A stretch of 64,000 bases of DNA from Fistulifera solaris (Eukaryota): the NCBI GenBank assembly GCA_030295235.1, contig AP026136.1, positions 1,240,001 to 1,304,000 of the forward strand, given 5' to 3'. The position numbers and the translations under genes are program-made. Shown piece by piece: positions 25,465-38,449 of the stretch (position 1 is the first letter of the stretch; each line of letters begins with the position of its first letter). The notes beneath the pieces are model-generated. The model was given only the letters and a program-made list of their open reading frames with translations, ran no database searches and was not told the origin of the DNA.

Positions 25465-26715
25465 TCACTTCCAAAAACGCGAACTGGCTGAACAAGTTGC
25501 GTCAAAACTTATGTTGCTGTTTCCATCCAAATTGAACTTTGCAATTGCTTCCTGCATGAGTAGACCGAGTCCCAGCACCATGAGCGTGAATGGTTTCGAC
25601 ACGAGACACTGTCGCTGCCACAGTTTTGCGAGTGCCCTGACCTCGTCGTGCGCCTGTGCGCCTTGCAAGAGTGGATGATCCGGTGTATCTCTCCAGAGTG
25701 CCAGCCCTTCGAGTCCCCACATTCCTACCAAATGGTCGGTTGTTTTGGAATACGCTACCGACAAGATGATCAAATGAGCGCGTTGTATGGTGACACGCTC
25801 GTAACACAGAGCGACGAGTGCTTCCATGGCCTTGATTTGCTGTTGTTTCACAAACATGTTTTTAACTTGCATCAGATTGGTAACAAAAGAAGTAAATGTG
25901 GTTGTTTTAGGCAAACTTTGTAGCGCTTCACGTTGAGGTCGGGAGAGAGAAGTCGAAGGCACTTCACGGTCTTCCTGTGAATCTGCTGCCATGAGGAGAA
26001 TCGCAAATAGGTTAAAAGGCTCAAGCTGCTGAACAATTCCTTTAGCTTTCGAGTGGCTCAGGGTAGAATGAGCCTGTGAGTGTTCGTTACTATCTGAGCT
26101 TGCCGCTTGCTCGATTCGCAACAACTCTGTAAGCAAACCCAAACGAGCTATGCGTTGACGGTGGTAGCACTCCACCACCTTTAAAATAAGATCTAGCCCG
26201 GCTTCAAATTCATCGTTTGTAATATCGACGGAAGACATCGCCAAAGTTGTCGTAGTAAGTTCTATCGCGCTGTCGCGAGACACATTCAGCAAGATCGTTA
26301 TCGCTCGGACGAAAGACTCTGACAACCGTGCAGGAAGCCGCGTTTTTGTCGATGCTGACGAAGGAACATCATATGATTGAATAAACGAGATCTCACGGGG
26401 TATAATGAATCCGTATGCTTCCGCTTGTGCAATCCATTCGGTCCAGCAAGAAAGTGTGTCACAATAACGATCCTTCAAGAAACGGTCGATAAACGCAGAT
26501 GAAGGAAATTCTTCAAGAGCTTGCGCGTCAGCGATTAGCCGCGATAGCCATTCGTCATCGTCGTGAAAGACTGCTAGTGTCTGTGAAGGGAACACCGACT
26601 TTGTTGCTTGATAATCGACATAAATTGACATCAATCCGTGTGGACCTGTTGGTTGTCGTCGTTGAATGCATTTTTGTTTCATGACTGAAATGCAGTCGTG
26701 GAAAAGTTGTGTCAA
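25465..26715 (-). pseudogene. Fragment of a large alpha-helical protein (possibly nucleoporin Nup188/205-like), apparently truncated
   Basis: 416-codon open frame without a clear start; sequence beyond 25465 decays into stops. The family guess rests only on weak resemblance (YHRQRIARLGLLTELLR). Confidence 0.35.
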
Positions 26716-26907
26716 CAGTCGAGGCTATAGTGCGTCCAGCCGTCGTCCAAACATCGCCGACAATTCTACATTAATGCATTTTCTCGCAGAAAAGAAAAGC
26801 ATCATCAAGACAAAATAATAATAAATAATGATGGTAAATTTGTATCGTATCTACCTGGTAGCCTTCCATTCACTCGGTTCTATCAAACACACAGGTCTCC
26901 TATTGAC

Positions 26908-27998
26908 ATGAATGAAAATCGTTTCCGTAATACGCAACAAGGTCGTACTTTTCGACACGCATCGCTTCCCCAAGAAAGTCATAGTGCACCATTTGAACCA
27001 TTTACCTTTGTAGTGACTGCGGATACCCAATTTGGGATGATCGATCAGAATAAAAAAGACAATGTTAGTGATTCTTATGCAGAAGTCGAATACAGCCGCA
27101 AAGCTATTGCAGTGATCAATGAGATGAATCCCCGGCCATTGTTTTGTTGCATTTGCGGCGATCTGGTCGACATGACAGCCGAAATTTATACAAACACACC
27201 AAAAAACAAACAACAATCGAAGGCTAGCAAAGATGGCACTAGTAGCACACCTAGGCTATGGACGAAGGAAGAATGCGATGCCGAACAAGACGAGCAATTT
27301 CGAGTCTTTCAAGAAACATGGAATGAATTGAATCAAGACATTCCCTTGGTTTGCTTGTGCGGAAATCATGATGTCGGTAATCGGCCGAACGCGGCTTCGA
27401 TCGATCGGTTTCAGAAACAATTTGGGGATGACTATTTTGCCTTTTTGGGTCAGGGGGGAGTTACAACATTGTCATCAATTCGTCGCTCATCTCACAACCA
27501 GATAATGCCATGGATTTGTACGAGAAACAATTACAATGGATCAAAGAACGTCTTGTCTACGCCAACGAAGTGAATGCTGCCATCATATTTGTGTTTTCAC
27601 ATCATCCTCTGTTTTTGTATGATCAAGATGAAGATGAAACGACATTGCCGGGAACATTGACGATCCAGTGGCCACCAGCATACGTGCATCGCCAGAACCC
27701 TCAGGTCAAGATTCCCGAATCGTACTTTCCCGTACCACGCACGCGTCGAAAGCGACTGTTGGAGTTATTTGCGAAGTACAATGTGGCTGCTTGTTTTGCG
27801 GGACATTTTCATCAGAATCTGGTTCGAACGACCTCTTTCGGTATGGATATGATCACGACCGGGCCGCTGTCACTGGTCCTCCCCTCTGATAACAATCCAT
27901 TTGATGAGCCTTTTGCTGTGGGGTTTCGCTTGGTTCATGTGAAACAAGAGAACGAGACGGGAAAATGTGTGTTTGAACACACTTTTATTCCTTTATGA
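26908..27998 (+). CDS. Calcineurin-like metallophosphoesterase (CPPED1-like)
   Basis: ADTQFG, CGDLVD, CGNHDVG, FSHHP and AGHFHQN motifs. Two homopolymer insertions at ~27442-27458. Confidence 0.88.
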
Positions 27999-28408
27999 TA
28001 CTTCCAAGAAGGTTCGAGTTCGAGTGAATCACGAAAGTCATTGGGATTCGCAAAAGCAGGCGAACGCGAGAGACTTTTTTCAACCAAGACCTGAATGCCG
28101 GTTTTACGATCATCAGCTTCGCCCAACAGACAAGCTTTTAGAAACTCCGATGGCCGTTTAATGGCCGGGTTGTTTTGTTTGTTGTCCTTCAAATGACCGG
28201 TGAGCGGTGAGTACAAGCATTGTGACCCGTCAATAAGTTCGCTCCCAATAAGCGGTACTATAGAATCGATACACACCCATTACGTAACACAGCCTCAACA
28301 AACGCCGCCGCACCAATCACGAAGCCACAATTGTCACAAAAATCTCCTCCCCACCCTCTTCTCAAAAGTTCTCTCTTCAGGCTTTTAAAATAAGAAACAA
28401 TTCCAAAC

Positions 28409-29089
28409 ATGCGTTTCAATTCTTCGGTTCAAAAGAATAACATGGCAGTGAATTGCATTCGCCAAGGAAATATCAGTCATGCGAATGCGCTTCTCACCGA
28501 AGCGATATCTTCAATGAGAACGCAGTTAGACAAATTATCCGTATCATCGGATAATGCGTCGCAACGTAATTTCGAAGATGCTGGTCTGCAATCTCTTCCA
28601 GTTTGTCAAGAATCTCCACAGCATCAAGCACTCCATGAACAACTCTTTGATTGCTCCGCTATTTGCTTTTTCGACCGAGCCTTTCTCATACAGAGAGAAG
28701 ACACCGACAACGAACGACTCGTCTGCGCCACCATTCTTTACAACTTTGCGATCGTCTTTCACTTGGCAGCCTGTGGTGGCAAACGGAGCCATCGCCATCT
28801 TGAAAAAGTATTGAAGCTTTACAAAATGTCCGCTATGGCCGTTGAACGTTATAAGTCACACTCCGCTGAAGCCTATCTTTTGACGTTAGCGATCCGCAAC
28901 AATATGGCGCATATCCATTCTGTCTATTTCAATAGTCGTGAGACACACCAAGCGCTTGATGAAATGCTTCTCATGCTCAAATCTGAAAATTCGCGCAAGA
29001 CGGTCGACTCGTCGAATGCATTCGTCTTTCAACTGAATGCTTTTGTTCATTCTCACAGTCAAAGCGTTCGATTTGCTCCTTCGGCTTAA
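28409..29089 (+). CDS. Diatom-type hypothetical helical (TPR-like) protein
   Basis: Intact 226-aa ORF with a NNMA / ILYNFAIVFH / LAIRNNMAHIH pattern. A paralog relic lies downstream. Confidence 0.75.
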   Translation: MRFNSSVQKNNMAVNCIRQGNISHANALLTEAISSMRTQLDKLSVSSDNASQRNFEDAGLQSLPVCQESPQHQALHEQLFDCSAICFFDRAFLIQREDTDNERLVCATILYNFAIVFHLAACGGKRSHRHLEKVLKLYKMSAMAVERYKSHSAEAYLLTLAIRNNMAHIHSVYFNSRETHQALDEMLLMLKSENSRKTVDSSNAFVFQLNAFVHSHSQSVRFAPSA

Positions 29090-30014
29090 TACTTTGAGAC
29101 GCCCTTATGTTATTATCAATTAGCTATTCGTTCTATTATTACGGGCTTTATTGATATTTTTCGCCGTGTCACGCTGTCTCCGAAAGCTGTCAGTGATATC
29201 TTGCAGTGATGATTCACCTTCTTATCTAGATGTATAAACTCAAGTAAAAATTGAGAAGTCTAATCCTTGCAACGTCAGTTGGCAATGTCTTATGGCAGCG
29301 AAAAGCAGTGGCGTTTTGTCGCCATAACTCTCATTCTGCCTAGAGTATTTCTTCATAAAATCATAGCAGGATCACTTGTCGAAGGGCCCATCAACATTCA
29401 CCAGTCAGCTTTGTCAAACGCCGCTTCCCGCATCAGCCTGGATACTAGGATTTCTAGAGAATCGGAGTTCTGAAAGCAAATCGTAAAGAGTATAGAGACG
29501 CGTGAATCTCGTGAAGTGGCAAGTCTCACCGTTCTCGCTGATTAGATTTCAGTGACGTTCTCAAGCAAATTCGAATACCGCCGTAGATTACGAGGTTTGA
29601 GTTATGATGATTAGAGAGCCTTATCGACACAGCTGCTTGTGAACTTGCGAATTACGAATCTCGTGGAGATGATAGAGGATAAATGATACTCCGTAAGTGA
29701 TAAGAGTGCTCACATGTCAACTTTAACTTTACACAAGGATATAGGGAAGTAGAGAATGTCGATAAGCTGAGAGCTGAGAATGAGACCCTAAAACCTAAAA
29801 TATTGCTAAGTACTAAAAAGCTATATTGCTATTCAACGGGCAGAACGTAAAACACAAAAAGGTCTATGATGTTGATTGTAACCTCCTGTAAACTCTTCGG
29901 TAAACATGTCACAAGTCCCAACCTCAGCAACAAGAATCAAGAATGGCCTTATGCGTTTAAGGCTTGTGCGGAAATCATTAATCATTATTGATTATTTTTG
30001 GTTACTGATTACTG

Positions 30015-30056
30015 GTCACTCGTCACTCGTCACTCGTCACTCGTCACTCGTCACTC
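30015..30056 (+). repeat. Heptamer microsatellite (GTCACTC)6
   Basis: Six perfect copies read directly from the sequence. Confidence 0.95.
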
Positions 30057-30175
30057 ACCACTCACCACCCGTCAGCACAAAGCACAAAAGCCGTCACACG
30101 TCACAGGACGTGGGCGGTGGGAGGCGTAGATCGGAGATCACAAAGCTGGCTTTTCTAGACCGTGATATCACTATA

Positions 30176-30259
30176 ATGGACAAGGACTTGCTAATCTTTC
30201 AACTGAACGCCTTTCTGCACTCGACCGGGCAAGCCTTCCGTACTGCGCCCACTGCGTGA
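30176..30259 (+). pseudogene. 3' relic of a paralog of the 28409-29089 gene
   Basis: IFQLNAFLHSTGQAFRTAPTA* matches VFQLNAFVHSHSQSVRFAPSA*. Confidence 0.7.
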
Positions 30260-30357
30260 TACTTCTCATGCCGCAAAACGAACTTTGTTCGTTAATTAAT
30301 CAAGTTAGTCTAAACACAAAAGACTATTTTATGTATTAGTCAAACAATACGTTCCTG

Positions 30358-31951
30358 TTAAAGCAGCAAGGTCACTGGATTTTCAATATGCCCTTTGAAA
30401 GCAGCCAGCCATTGAGCTCCCACTGCACCGTCAACCACTCGGTGGTCGCAAGACAAGGTGGCGGTCAAGACTTCACTTTCTTGATAAATCGTGTCTGGAT
30501 CATTTGACGGCACGATACGAGTTTCTAGAGCCCCTACTGCCAAGGCACATGCTTGCGGTTCACGAATGATGGGGGCACACGCCTTAATGCCATACATCCC
30601 GAGATTGAGGAAAGTGAATGTGCCCACTCCATTCGTTATTGGAGCAAAGGCATCTGAATTGGGATCCAAAGCTGACACAGCCGTTGCCAGTTCCTTGGAG
30701 ATTGCCTTCAATCCAAGTCGGCCCACATCACTCAATACCGGGGTGTATAACTCATCACCATTTCCCACCACAACATTCATATCCACAGCATCGTACACGC
30801 GAACGAAATCTCCCATCCATGCCGCGTTAACCGTGGGGACCGCCTGCATCGATAAGGCCGCCGACTTGATGAGCAGCTCGTAAACACCGATTTCCGGCAT
30901 TCCCAGCGAGTCGCGCAACTTTAACAATTCATCACAGTTAATATCTACCGTTAAATAGTAGTGCGGAACGTTGCGTTTGGATTGTGCAAGACGCGCGGCC
31001 ACTTCTTTAGAGGAATCACTGAGTGGGTAGTCGGTAAATCCGTCACCGAATGTCGGTGTGGCTGTAGCTACTGCCACCGCGCCTGGAGCTTCCGTAGGTG
31101 GGGCCGTTTCTGCTGCTACAGCTGCAGAAGGAACAAACTCGTGTACATCTGCAGCAAGAATGCGACCTCCGGGCCCTGTGCCAGGAATGGCCGCCAAATC
31201 ATATCCGAGTTCTTTGGCCACTTTGTAAGCTTTCGGCGATGCCACGATGCGATCTCCACGTGCCGACGGAATCGCTGAAACTGCTGCAGGTGTTGATGGC
31301 GGCGGTGTTACCGCTGTGGGAGAACTTATGGGTGCAGCAGGTAATGGTGCCGAGGACGCCGCTGGGGGCGTTGCTGTTTTAGTAGTGCCTAGTGAAAATG
31401 TCTGAAATGCCGCCACATCGTCCGCACTGTCGACTGTAACCATAATGGGTTCTCCGACTTTAATATCTCCCCCGCCTGCTTGTACTAAGATTTTAGCCAG
31501 AACACCATCGTCTTGTGCTTCAAAGTCTACCGTGGCCTTGTCCGTTTCAACACTGCAAAATACATCACCGGCGGCGAACAAGTCTCCTTCTTTGAGATTC
31601 CAAGAAGCAATGGAACCCGATTCCATGGTCTAGTTTTTGTGTTGATTGTGTTTGTTGCATACGATGAAACATGATTGAGTGTTAGAAGTGAAGCAAAGGA
31701 AAGAACAATCAAAGCGAAGGAAATATTTGGTTAGCGCACATGTTTCGGCTCGAACTTGCTCATTCTTTCTTTCTTTTTTTCTTTCGGTTGATTACCTCAA
31801 GAAGACTTACCGGTGACAAACTAGGAAGCCCAACGACATGATGGGGCGGTAAACTCGAGAATGATCGAAGGAGAATGGACTGCTGATAGCGTGTGAAGAC
31901 AGCACTATGCTTCCGTAACAAATAGCGAGTCAAAAGAGATGCTGTCGTCAT
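30358..31951 (-). CDS. DLAT: Mitochondrial pyruvate dehydrogenase E2 (dihydrolipoamide acetyltransferase)
   Basis: Mitochondrial presequence, lipoyl motif VETDKAT, E3-binding motif GTGPGGRI and catalytic DHRVVDG. Intron at 31630-31810. Confidence 0.92.
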
Positions 31952-32394
31952 ATTTGCTGAGGCGATCGCTTAAATGAGTGATGCACTAAACAATGATTGA
32001 AGGATGAAAGGGATTCTCTGAAAGCAGAGAAAGCGTCGACGATAATACAAAAGGAAATGAACAAACGTAATAGGTCGAGGTGTTGTTCATAGTTCATTCA
32101 ACAAACTTCGACCTTTTCTCGTCGTCGTTCATCGCATCGGGATAAGAAAAGAACGGACGCATGGCGGACGCGCGAAAGATTTCTCATTATTTCTCCATAC
32201 TCCATTCTCATGCTCCATGGTCTCCATATCATGACTCAATCCAGTCGTGCCGAAATACGGAAAACAGTTTTGCACTGTATCAGTATTCTATGATGTCATT
32301 GTGTCAGTAGTTATTACATTCATTCTCATTTCCTTTGTTCACTCATCGTACCTGGTAATCATTGATCACTCGTTTATTCATAACAAATTACACA

Positions 32395-33527
32395 ATGAAA
32401 ACCAAGAGGATCTTCTCAATTTACGTGATAATAGGCTTCACGGTTCCTTATGCTTCCGCGCTCGTAACATCTTCATCGCCGTCGACATCTCCATCAACAT
32501 CTCATTTATCACTTGCTTCTCTTTCTTCATCCACCTCTTTTACACGATTTCTTCCTCATTCGGCATCGCGCACTCGGGGATCAATTCAATATTACCTGCA
32601 GAAGCACTATAATGTCTCCTGTCCTGCACAAATTGTACAACACAATGCGTTTGCGTCGACCTTGACATACGAACTGTCATTCACGGCCATCGAATGGGAG
32701 TATTTGACAGTTCGTTTACAACTGCACGTAGAAGAGACTTGTGCAGAGGGATGCTTTTAAGAATTCAAGTTGAACCGGCGTGGACAGAATGTTGGGTCCA
32801 TCAAGCTTTGCGAGACATCGAATACGGCCTGTTAGCGACACCACGGCTCTTGCGACGACAAATGATCTTTTCAGTACACAATTGCACTCAGTATGACACC
32901 ACAATCACAGCAACGAACGTAACAGCATTCACATGGAGGGATTTTTGTTGGAATCATGGCGGTGGTTTACCTTTACCGCTGCCTCCATTAGTCGGGAAAG
33001 AAACACGGCTGATTCTCCCACCGGGTCTGGTCGAGCGCATTCACTCCATAAACAGTAAAGAAGTTTACTATCAACTCGACAATCCGGGTTGGCCGTCCTT
33101 TTACCCGGTCTACACATACATTGGGCGCGTACGATTTCTGCCCCGTCGAACGAATCTTCGGAATGCACTGCCAGATTCCATTCTTCTCGATTGGCAAGTA
33201 CAAGTACGGCCGTATCCTGGAACGAGGCGATTCGTGGAGTGGTTTGTCGAAGCTATTGTGGTGACACTAACACGCAACTTATACATCCATTGCACCGAGC
33301 CGGGGTCAGTCATCAACGTATGGGCGCCGATTGGACGTTCCGGCGCGTTTTGGACGTTGCGTAAGGATTCTTGGTTGGGCGGAGTCTGGGAGGCGCGACG
33401 AACTGATCAACGTGCTCCTTGGCTACAAATCATAGATCTATGGCGTCCATGGACGTGGGGGCGGTCGCTCGATTTACTCCAAACAAATGCGTCTACTACA
33501 TGGACGGATGGGTTCTTTCACGATTGA
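32395..33527 (+). CDS. Hypothetical protein with signal peptide (possibly SRPBCC-like fold)
   Basis: ATG 32395 with a hydrophobic N-terminus. It overlaps a 277-aa ORF in another frame, implying an indel at ~32690-32750. Confidence 0.55.
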
Positions 33528-35560
33528 TTTAGGAAAATGGAAATTCTTGTGTTGTGCTTTAGGACAGTTACGGGAACCACAACACAAACACGCGACTGTA
33601 CAGTCCTCTTCGAGGATCGAAAGTTGAAATTGCAGAGTACCTCGCTCGCGACACAAGATTTCAGATATTGATCCCGTGAGACCGGTATTCGTCAATACCA
33701 GTTCTTCGAGTTGTGTGCATTCATCAAGTTCGGCTGGTACCAGTATTGTTCCAGAGAGTGCATTGTCATTGAAACGAAGAACACGCAGAGTATCACACGC
33801 CAGGCGGATGTCCTCGGTTAAGACACCGCGAAATTGACCTCCACTTAGGTCCAGAGTCTGCAGGTCGGGTATAGGAAAAAATTCTGGAGGAATTTCTCCT
33901 TCTGTGCTTGTCGCATGCAAATCTAGTGCCTCCAGGGAACTCATGTTACTGATCGTGGCCAGTATCGTGCCGTACAATGCTTCATTTGCTCCTAGTAGTA
34001 ATTCTCTTTGGTTCGAATTGGAGAACAGACTTTATAGGGACTTACCCGTGCAAAGGATTTCGTTATACCCATAGCGTTTCTGATAAGATCATTCATAAAG
34101 CGTTAGCTGCTTTTGGTCCTTTGCATAGTCTGATTCTCAATGCCATGACCACGTACCGAGAAGAGGTAATACCCCCAATAAGGATGGAATTGCTCCAGTA
34201 ATGTCGTTTGAGTCCACGTGAAATACTTGCACGTTTCCAACTTTGCCAGTACATTAGGTAAAGAGCCTGTCAGATTGTTCGAACGGACGTTGAAAACTTC
34301 CAAGAAGGGATGGATTGTATCTAGCTCAGATGAAATCGTTCCAGTTAGCACATTGTTCTCCACATTCAGAATACGCAACTGAGTAGACACCTCGAATGCA
34401 TCCAGAGATCCCTGGATATCCATGTTAGTAGCTAGAAACTCTTCCAAGTAGGTGAAGAGACGTAGTTCTGGACGAAATTCGCCATCAAGACGAATACGAC
34501 TAACATGCAAATCGATGAGGCTGTCAGAGTCCACAGTGGAAACCCTAGCGGATTCTATAGTTGAGGATTGTTAATAAATCATTCGAGAGAAACTCGTTCA
34601 TACGCGCCAAAGTGCCATGACGCATACCGGCTAATAATCGAATTCAGAACGAACTGATATACGTACCGAAATCCAACCGAATTATTGCTCCTGTCGCATC
34701 ACAAAAACTCCAATCCATTGACATTCCAAAACATCTTGATTGAGCCAATTTCTGGGCCTTCCCTCTCCACATGCCTTCCATCGCTCTCCTCCTATCGCAA
34801 AATAGAAGACCGCCAGTACCAGGTAGATGTCGTTGCCGAAACTCATTATACTTGCTCTCGGGTGTCCACCATGACGCTGCTTTGGCTTGCGGTGAATGTT
34901 TGTTGACTAAGGCAGTCTCATCCGATTTATTGTTCTGACCGAGCCAATCAACTTGTTCACGTGGACGGCAAGGTCGGTGCGAAAAGACCTTCTACAGACT
35001 GATTTTCCGGACGAAGAAAGAAGAAGGTACAAAACGACGACCACAACAGCACCAACAAGAATAAGCGTCCATCAAGCAGAAATCCATTTTCTCGGTTAAT
35101 TCGTAACGTCCGTTTCTTCTGATTCAGAAAGGACGACTGCAGCAGCCCCAGAGTCTACCAATACCGGTGTCTCTACAGTAGCTACGGGCTACGGGCTCTT
35201 CGAATGTTTCCGTGAAGTCGGATGCGTCTCCGATCGGCACAGGATGTGCCGGAATGTCGTGACGTAGGTCCTGTCTTGGCCCGTCTGTGCATTCCTGCGA
35301 CTCGAAATGCACCCGGATGAAAAGATGGATCGCTACTTAGCGCAACGGACCTGCTATTTTTACTTCGAAGAACGGGTGTGCAAAACAAAGATGGGTTATC
35401 ACCACTCACTGTCTCAGCAGAAAATAAGCGTCGAAATCAGTGTCGTCTTCAGCGTCCCCTGCCTTTGCTTCCTCGGCAATTGACGTCGATATTGTCCTGT
35501 TTGATTCATCTTTGATAACCTTGATGAATGAAGCAGCCCTTTGCTCGTCTCCATGACAAA
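33474..35560 (-). pseudogene. Degenerate leucine-rich-repeat receptor-like gene
   Basis: Plant-type LRR units (LNVENNVLTGTIS, FNVRSNNLTGSLP, LRFNDNALSGTI) are split over several frames with stops. A decayed SPQ-A-W cap region lies upstream. The 5' boundary is approximate. Confidence 0.75.
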
Positions 35561-36078
35561 GTGTAATAAAGACATACGTCAAGGCTTGTTGAACAAAATA
35601 AGAACAAAATACTACGGTAGCTTTTCGGTGGCAGAATACAAAGTACAAAAGCAACTGAGAAAATGAAAGAGTGAAGAATGAAGAATGAAGTTTGACCGGA
35701 TCTGCCTCGTTTGAATTGACCGCCTTCGTCTCCCACATAAAATTGCAGTGTCATTCGTCTTCAGGGGGTCATTACGTGTTACTCCGGGGTATTTGATTTT
35801 TCGGGACTGAAATAGCATCGAGTCATAGCACTTTGAACAAAGAGGTTATAGGACGCAAGCTCGCGAATTCCATTGTTTTTAACTACTTGTTTCTTATTTG
35901 ACATTATAACTATAAAAACGTGCTGCCAATCCTAACTCTCTAAAGTGATCAAAATAGAAATCCAAATGGTCCTCCTTGCTCTTGTGTCGCGCACTGAAGA
36001 CCCGATTTCGCACAAAAACGTCACATCTGCGACCGTCACATTCAATGTTCGTGCGCTAGTTATCAGCTGCACTAAAGT

Positions 36079-37419
36079 TCAATGAATCGAATTGTTCCTC
36101 AAAAGAGGGACATCATTCCATTCCAACTCATCTTGGGAATTAAAATGATCCGTCAAAGTTGTTACGGCGGACTGATCATCAGCCTCCGAATCTACCAATG
36201 GCGCAAGAGGCGCCGGAGGAGCCGCCATTTCCATGTCAGACTTTGCAGTAGTTCTTTCACGAAGAGGAGACACGATACGCTGAACTCCGTCCCATGTCTG
36301 ATGGATGTGCTCGATCGGAAATCCTCCAGACGGAAGAGACATTCCCTGCCCCGTGTAAGTCACATCACGACTGCTGGTGCACTCTGTGAAAGACGAGAAT
36401 GGTACTGGCTGCATGCCCATAGACCCTCCAGTGATTTGAAACTGCTGCAAGCCTTGAGGATAGAGTGCCGATGTCGCACTCAACAATGTCGGGTCCGACA
36501 ATGGTTGCCAGGCCAGCACCTGTGTGAAGTTCGGACCCTGCGGAAATAATAGCTGGGGCGCCGTTGGGTTGGTACACATTGTGGGCATTACGCCGCTACT
36601 GACTTGTCGATGAAGAGTATTCCCCATTTGGGAACCAAAGATATGCGGAGATCCCTGCAATACTTGAGACGGAATCATCGTTGCGTTCTCAGGCTGATAC
36701 AAAATCTGAACGTTCGGGGGCGGAAGAAACATTATCGTAGTCTGTCCGGAATCGTTGCTTTGCATCGACATGGAGACTCGACGAATCGTCGTTTGCCCGA
36801 CTTGACTGTTTCCCTGGAGCTGCTGCGGCTGAGCAGATGTGAGGACTCCCATGGACGGATGGGTCGCGAACAGGTTCTTGTTTGCACGTTGCAAATGGAG
36901 CAGAGAGTTGTCTTGTTGATGGGTGAATGGCAAGCTGCAGCAACTCTTGGCGCTCAGTTGCAGATGCTTCCAAATGGCGAGTTCCCGATCAAACTTGATC
37001 TTCTCGATATGAGCGCGCTGCATGAAGAGTGTTTTCAGCGATGGTGAAATGCACTTCCATTTGCTGGCAATAACAGTCGCCAGACCTTTGAAACCCATCT
37101 TTACGCTCGGTTCTTGGGGATTCTTTGTCTTGGTGAGATCCTTGGAATCACTTCGATCGATTACGAGCGTTGCGAGATCCTGGCTATTTAAGGTGTCGAT
37201 ACTCGATAATTTGCGATCCCCGGCCTGAATGCGAGCGCGCGCTAGTTGAAAGAAGATGTTGTAAGCGCTGAGAGGACGCTTGGGACGCCCGTCTGATTTC
37301 TTTCTTTTCTTTCTAGCGGAAACTTTTTCATCGTGAGAAAAGGAGGTTTGATTGTTCAAAATGGGGTCGATGGGTGAGACCGGATGCGACGTCATGATGA
37401 ATGGCGAAGAAAGATTCAT
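36079..37419 (-). CDS. HMG-box protein
   Basis: RPKRPLSAYNIFF...MGFKGLATVIASKWK, followed by a Q/P/S-rich tail. Start is ATG 37419 or 37395. Confidence 0.88.
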   Translation of the reverse strand: MNLSSPFIMTSHPVSPIDPILNNQTSFSHDEKVSARKKRKKSDGRPKRPLSAYNIFFQLARARIQAGDRKLSSIDTLNSQDLATLVIDRSDSKDLTKTKNPQEPSVKMGFKGLATVIASKWKCISPSLKTLFMQRAHIEKIKFDRELAIWKHLQLSAKSCCSLPFTHQQDNSLLHLQRANKNLFATHPSMGVLTSAQPQQLQGNSQVGQTTIRRVSMSMQSNDSGQTTIMFLPPPNVQILYQPENATMIPSQVLQGSPHIFGSQMGNTLHRQVSSGVMPTMCTNPTAPQLLFPQGPNFTQVLAWQPLSDPTLLSATSALYPQGLQQFQITGGSMGMQPVPFSSFTECTSSRDVTYTGQGMSLPSGGFPIEHIHQTWDGVQRIVSPLRERTTAKSDMEMAAPPAPLAPLVDSEADDQSAVTTLTDHFNSQDELEWNDVPLLRNNSIH

Positions 37420-38131
37420 GCAAATGCGGAAAGCTATCTCTTTCGTCTTCGTTGCAGTGGACAAGCGGGGATGAGGAAATTCAAGCACGGCTTCTTCTGA
37501 AATGAATTGTCTTTTAACTAGGTTGACTTCTTTCAATAAAACCACACGCGTTTGAAAAATGAAAGGATGTGAAATTGACGATTTCAACGAAAATGAGATA
37601 GATTACTTCGCCCGTAATTATTTGACATAATACGTTCCTCTGACTTGGGCTGATGCTTCACTTTCTCTTGTCTCTCCGTTCGCGCTTCTTGGTCCGTGGC
37701 AATGTACTACTTTAACATTAAGTCGCCAGGAAGACCTGGGACTTGCTCGATCGCACCCCGTCCTACAGTAACCTAGATGAACAGGTACAATGATAACAAG
37801 GGAACAGTTTGAACTAGAAAGTAGAAATTGAGAACGAAACTGCTTGAATTTTTTGCGGAGGTTCCGTACCATTGTACCATCGATAAAAGCTTAAATGTTC
37901 TCGTTACTTAGGTTGGTTCCCTAATCACTACACTTTTCCTTATGGGGTTTTCACTTTTCACCAGTACATGAAGTGGACGATTCATGACCTGTTCCTTGTT
38001 AATTCAAGATTAGTCGACCGCAGACGATACCTGGTACACGATACTTGCTCCATGCCCCAAGTGGCGGAGACCAAAGACATGAGACATAGCGGAGGGCGGC
38101 GACCTCGCACCACAGAAGACAACAGACACGT

Positions 38132-38157
38132 TCAAGGGTCAAGGGTCAAGGGTCAAG
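38132..38157 (+). repeat. Heptamer tandem repeat (TCAAGGG)3+
   Basis: tcaagggtcaagggtcaagggtcaag read directly. Confidence 0.9.
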
Positions 38158-38387
38158 ACAGCGAACAGTGGAAGATATTATGGCGTGATGAGGTAATTGT
38201 ACCTACTCCTAGTAGGAAGTACCGTAGTGGAAACTGGAAAGCTTACCGTTGGGTAAAAAAATCTTGGACCAGATACCAGATACCATTTACATGTACTTGA
38301 GAACAAAAACCCAAGACCAAAGTTGTTGGTTGTTGCTAAACGGTGAACGGTGAACGAATTGGCAATTGGCCTCTAGCGACACGTCCC

Positions 38388-38449
38388 GTTAAAATTCTGC
38401 GTCTTCGTGGATGCCACGTAGGATTCTGTACTGGACGCAGAATTTTAAC
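38388..38449. repeat. 16-bp perfect inverted repeat with 30-bp spacer
   Basis: gttaaaattctgcgtc at 38388-38403 and gacgcagaattttaac at 38434-38449. Confidence 0.9.

Noticed and set aside
30015..30056. Telomeric repeat or CRISPR array
   Set aside because: Not TTAGGG-like and has no spacers; it is a simple microsatellite in a eukaryote.
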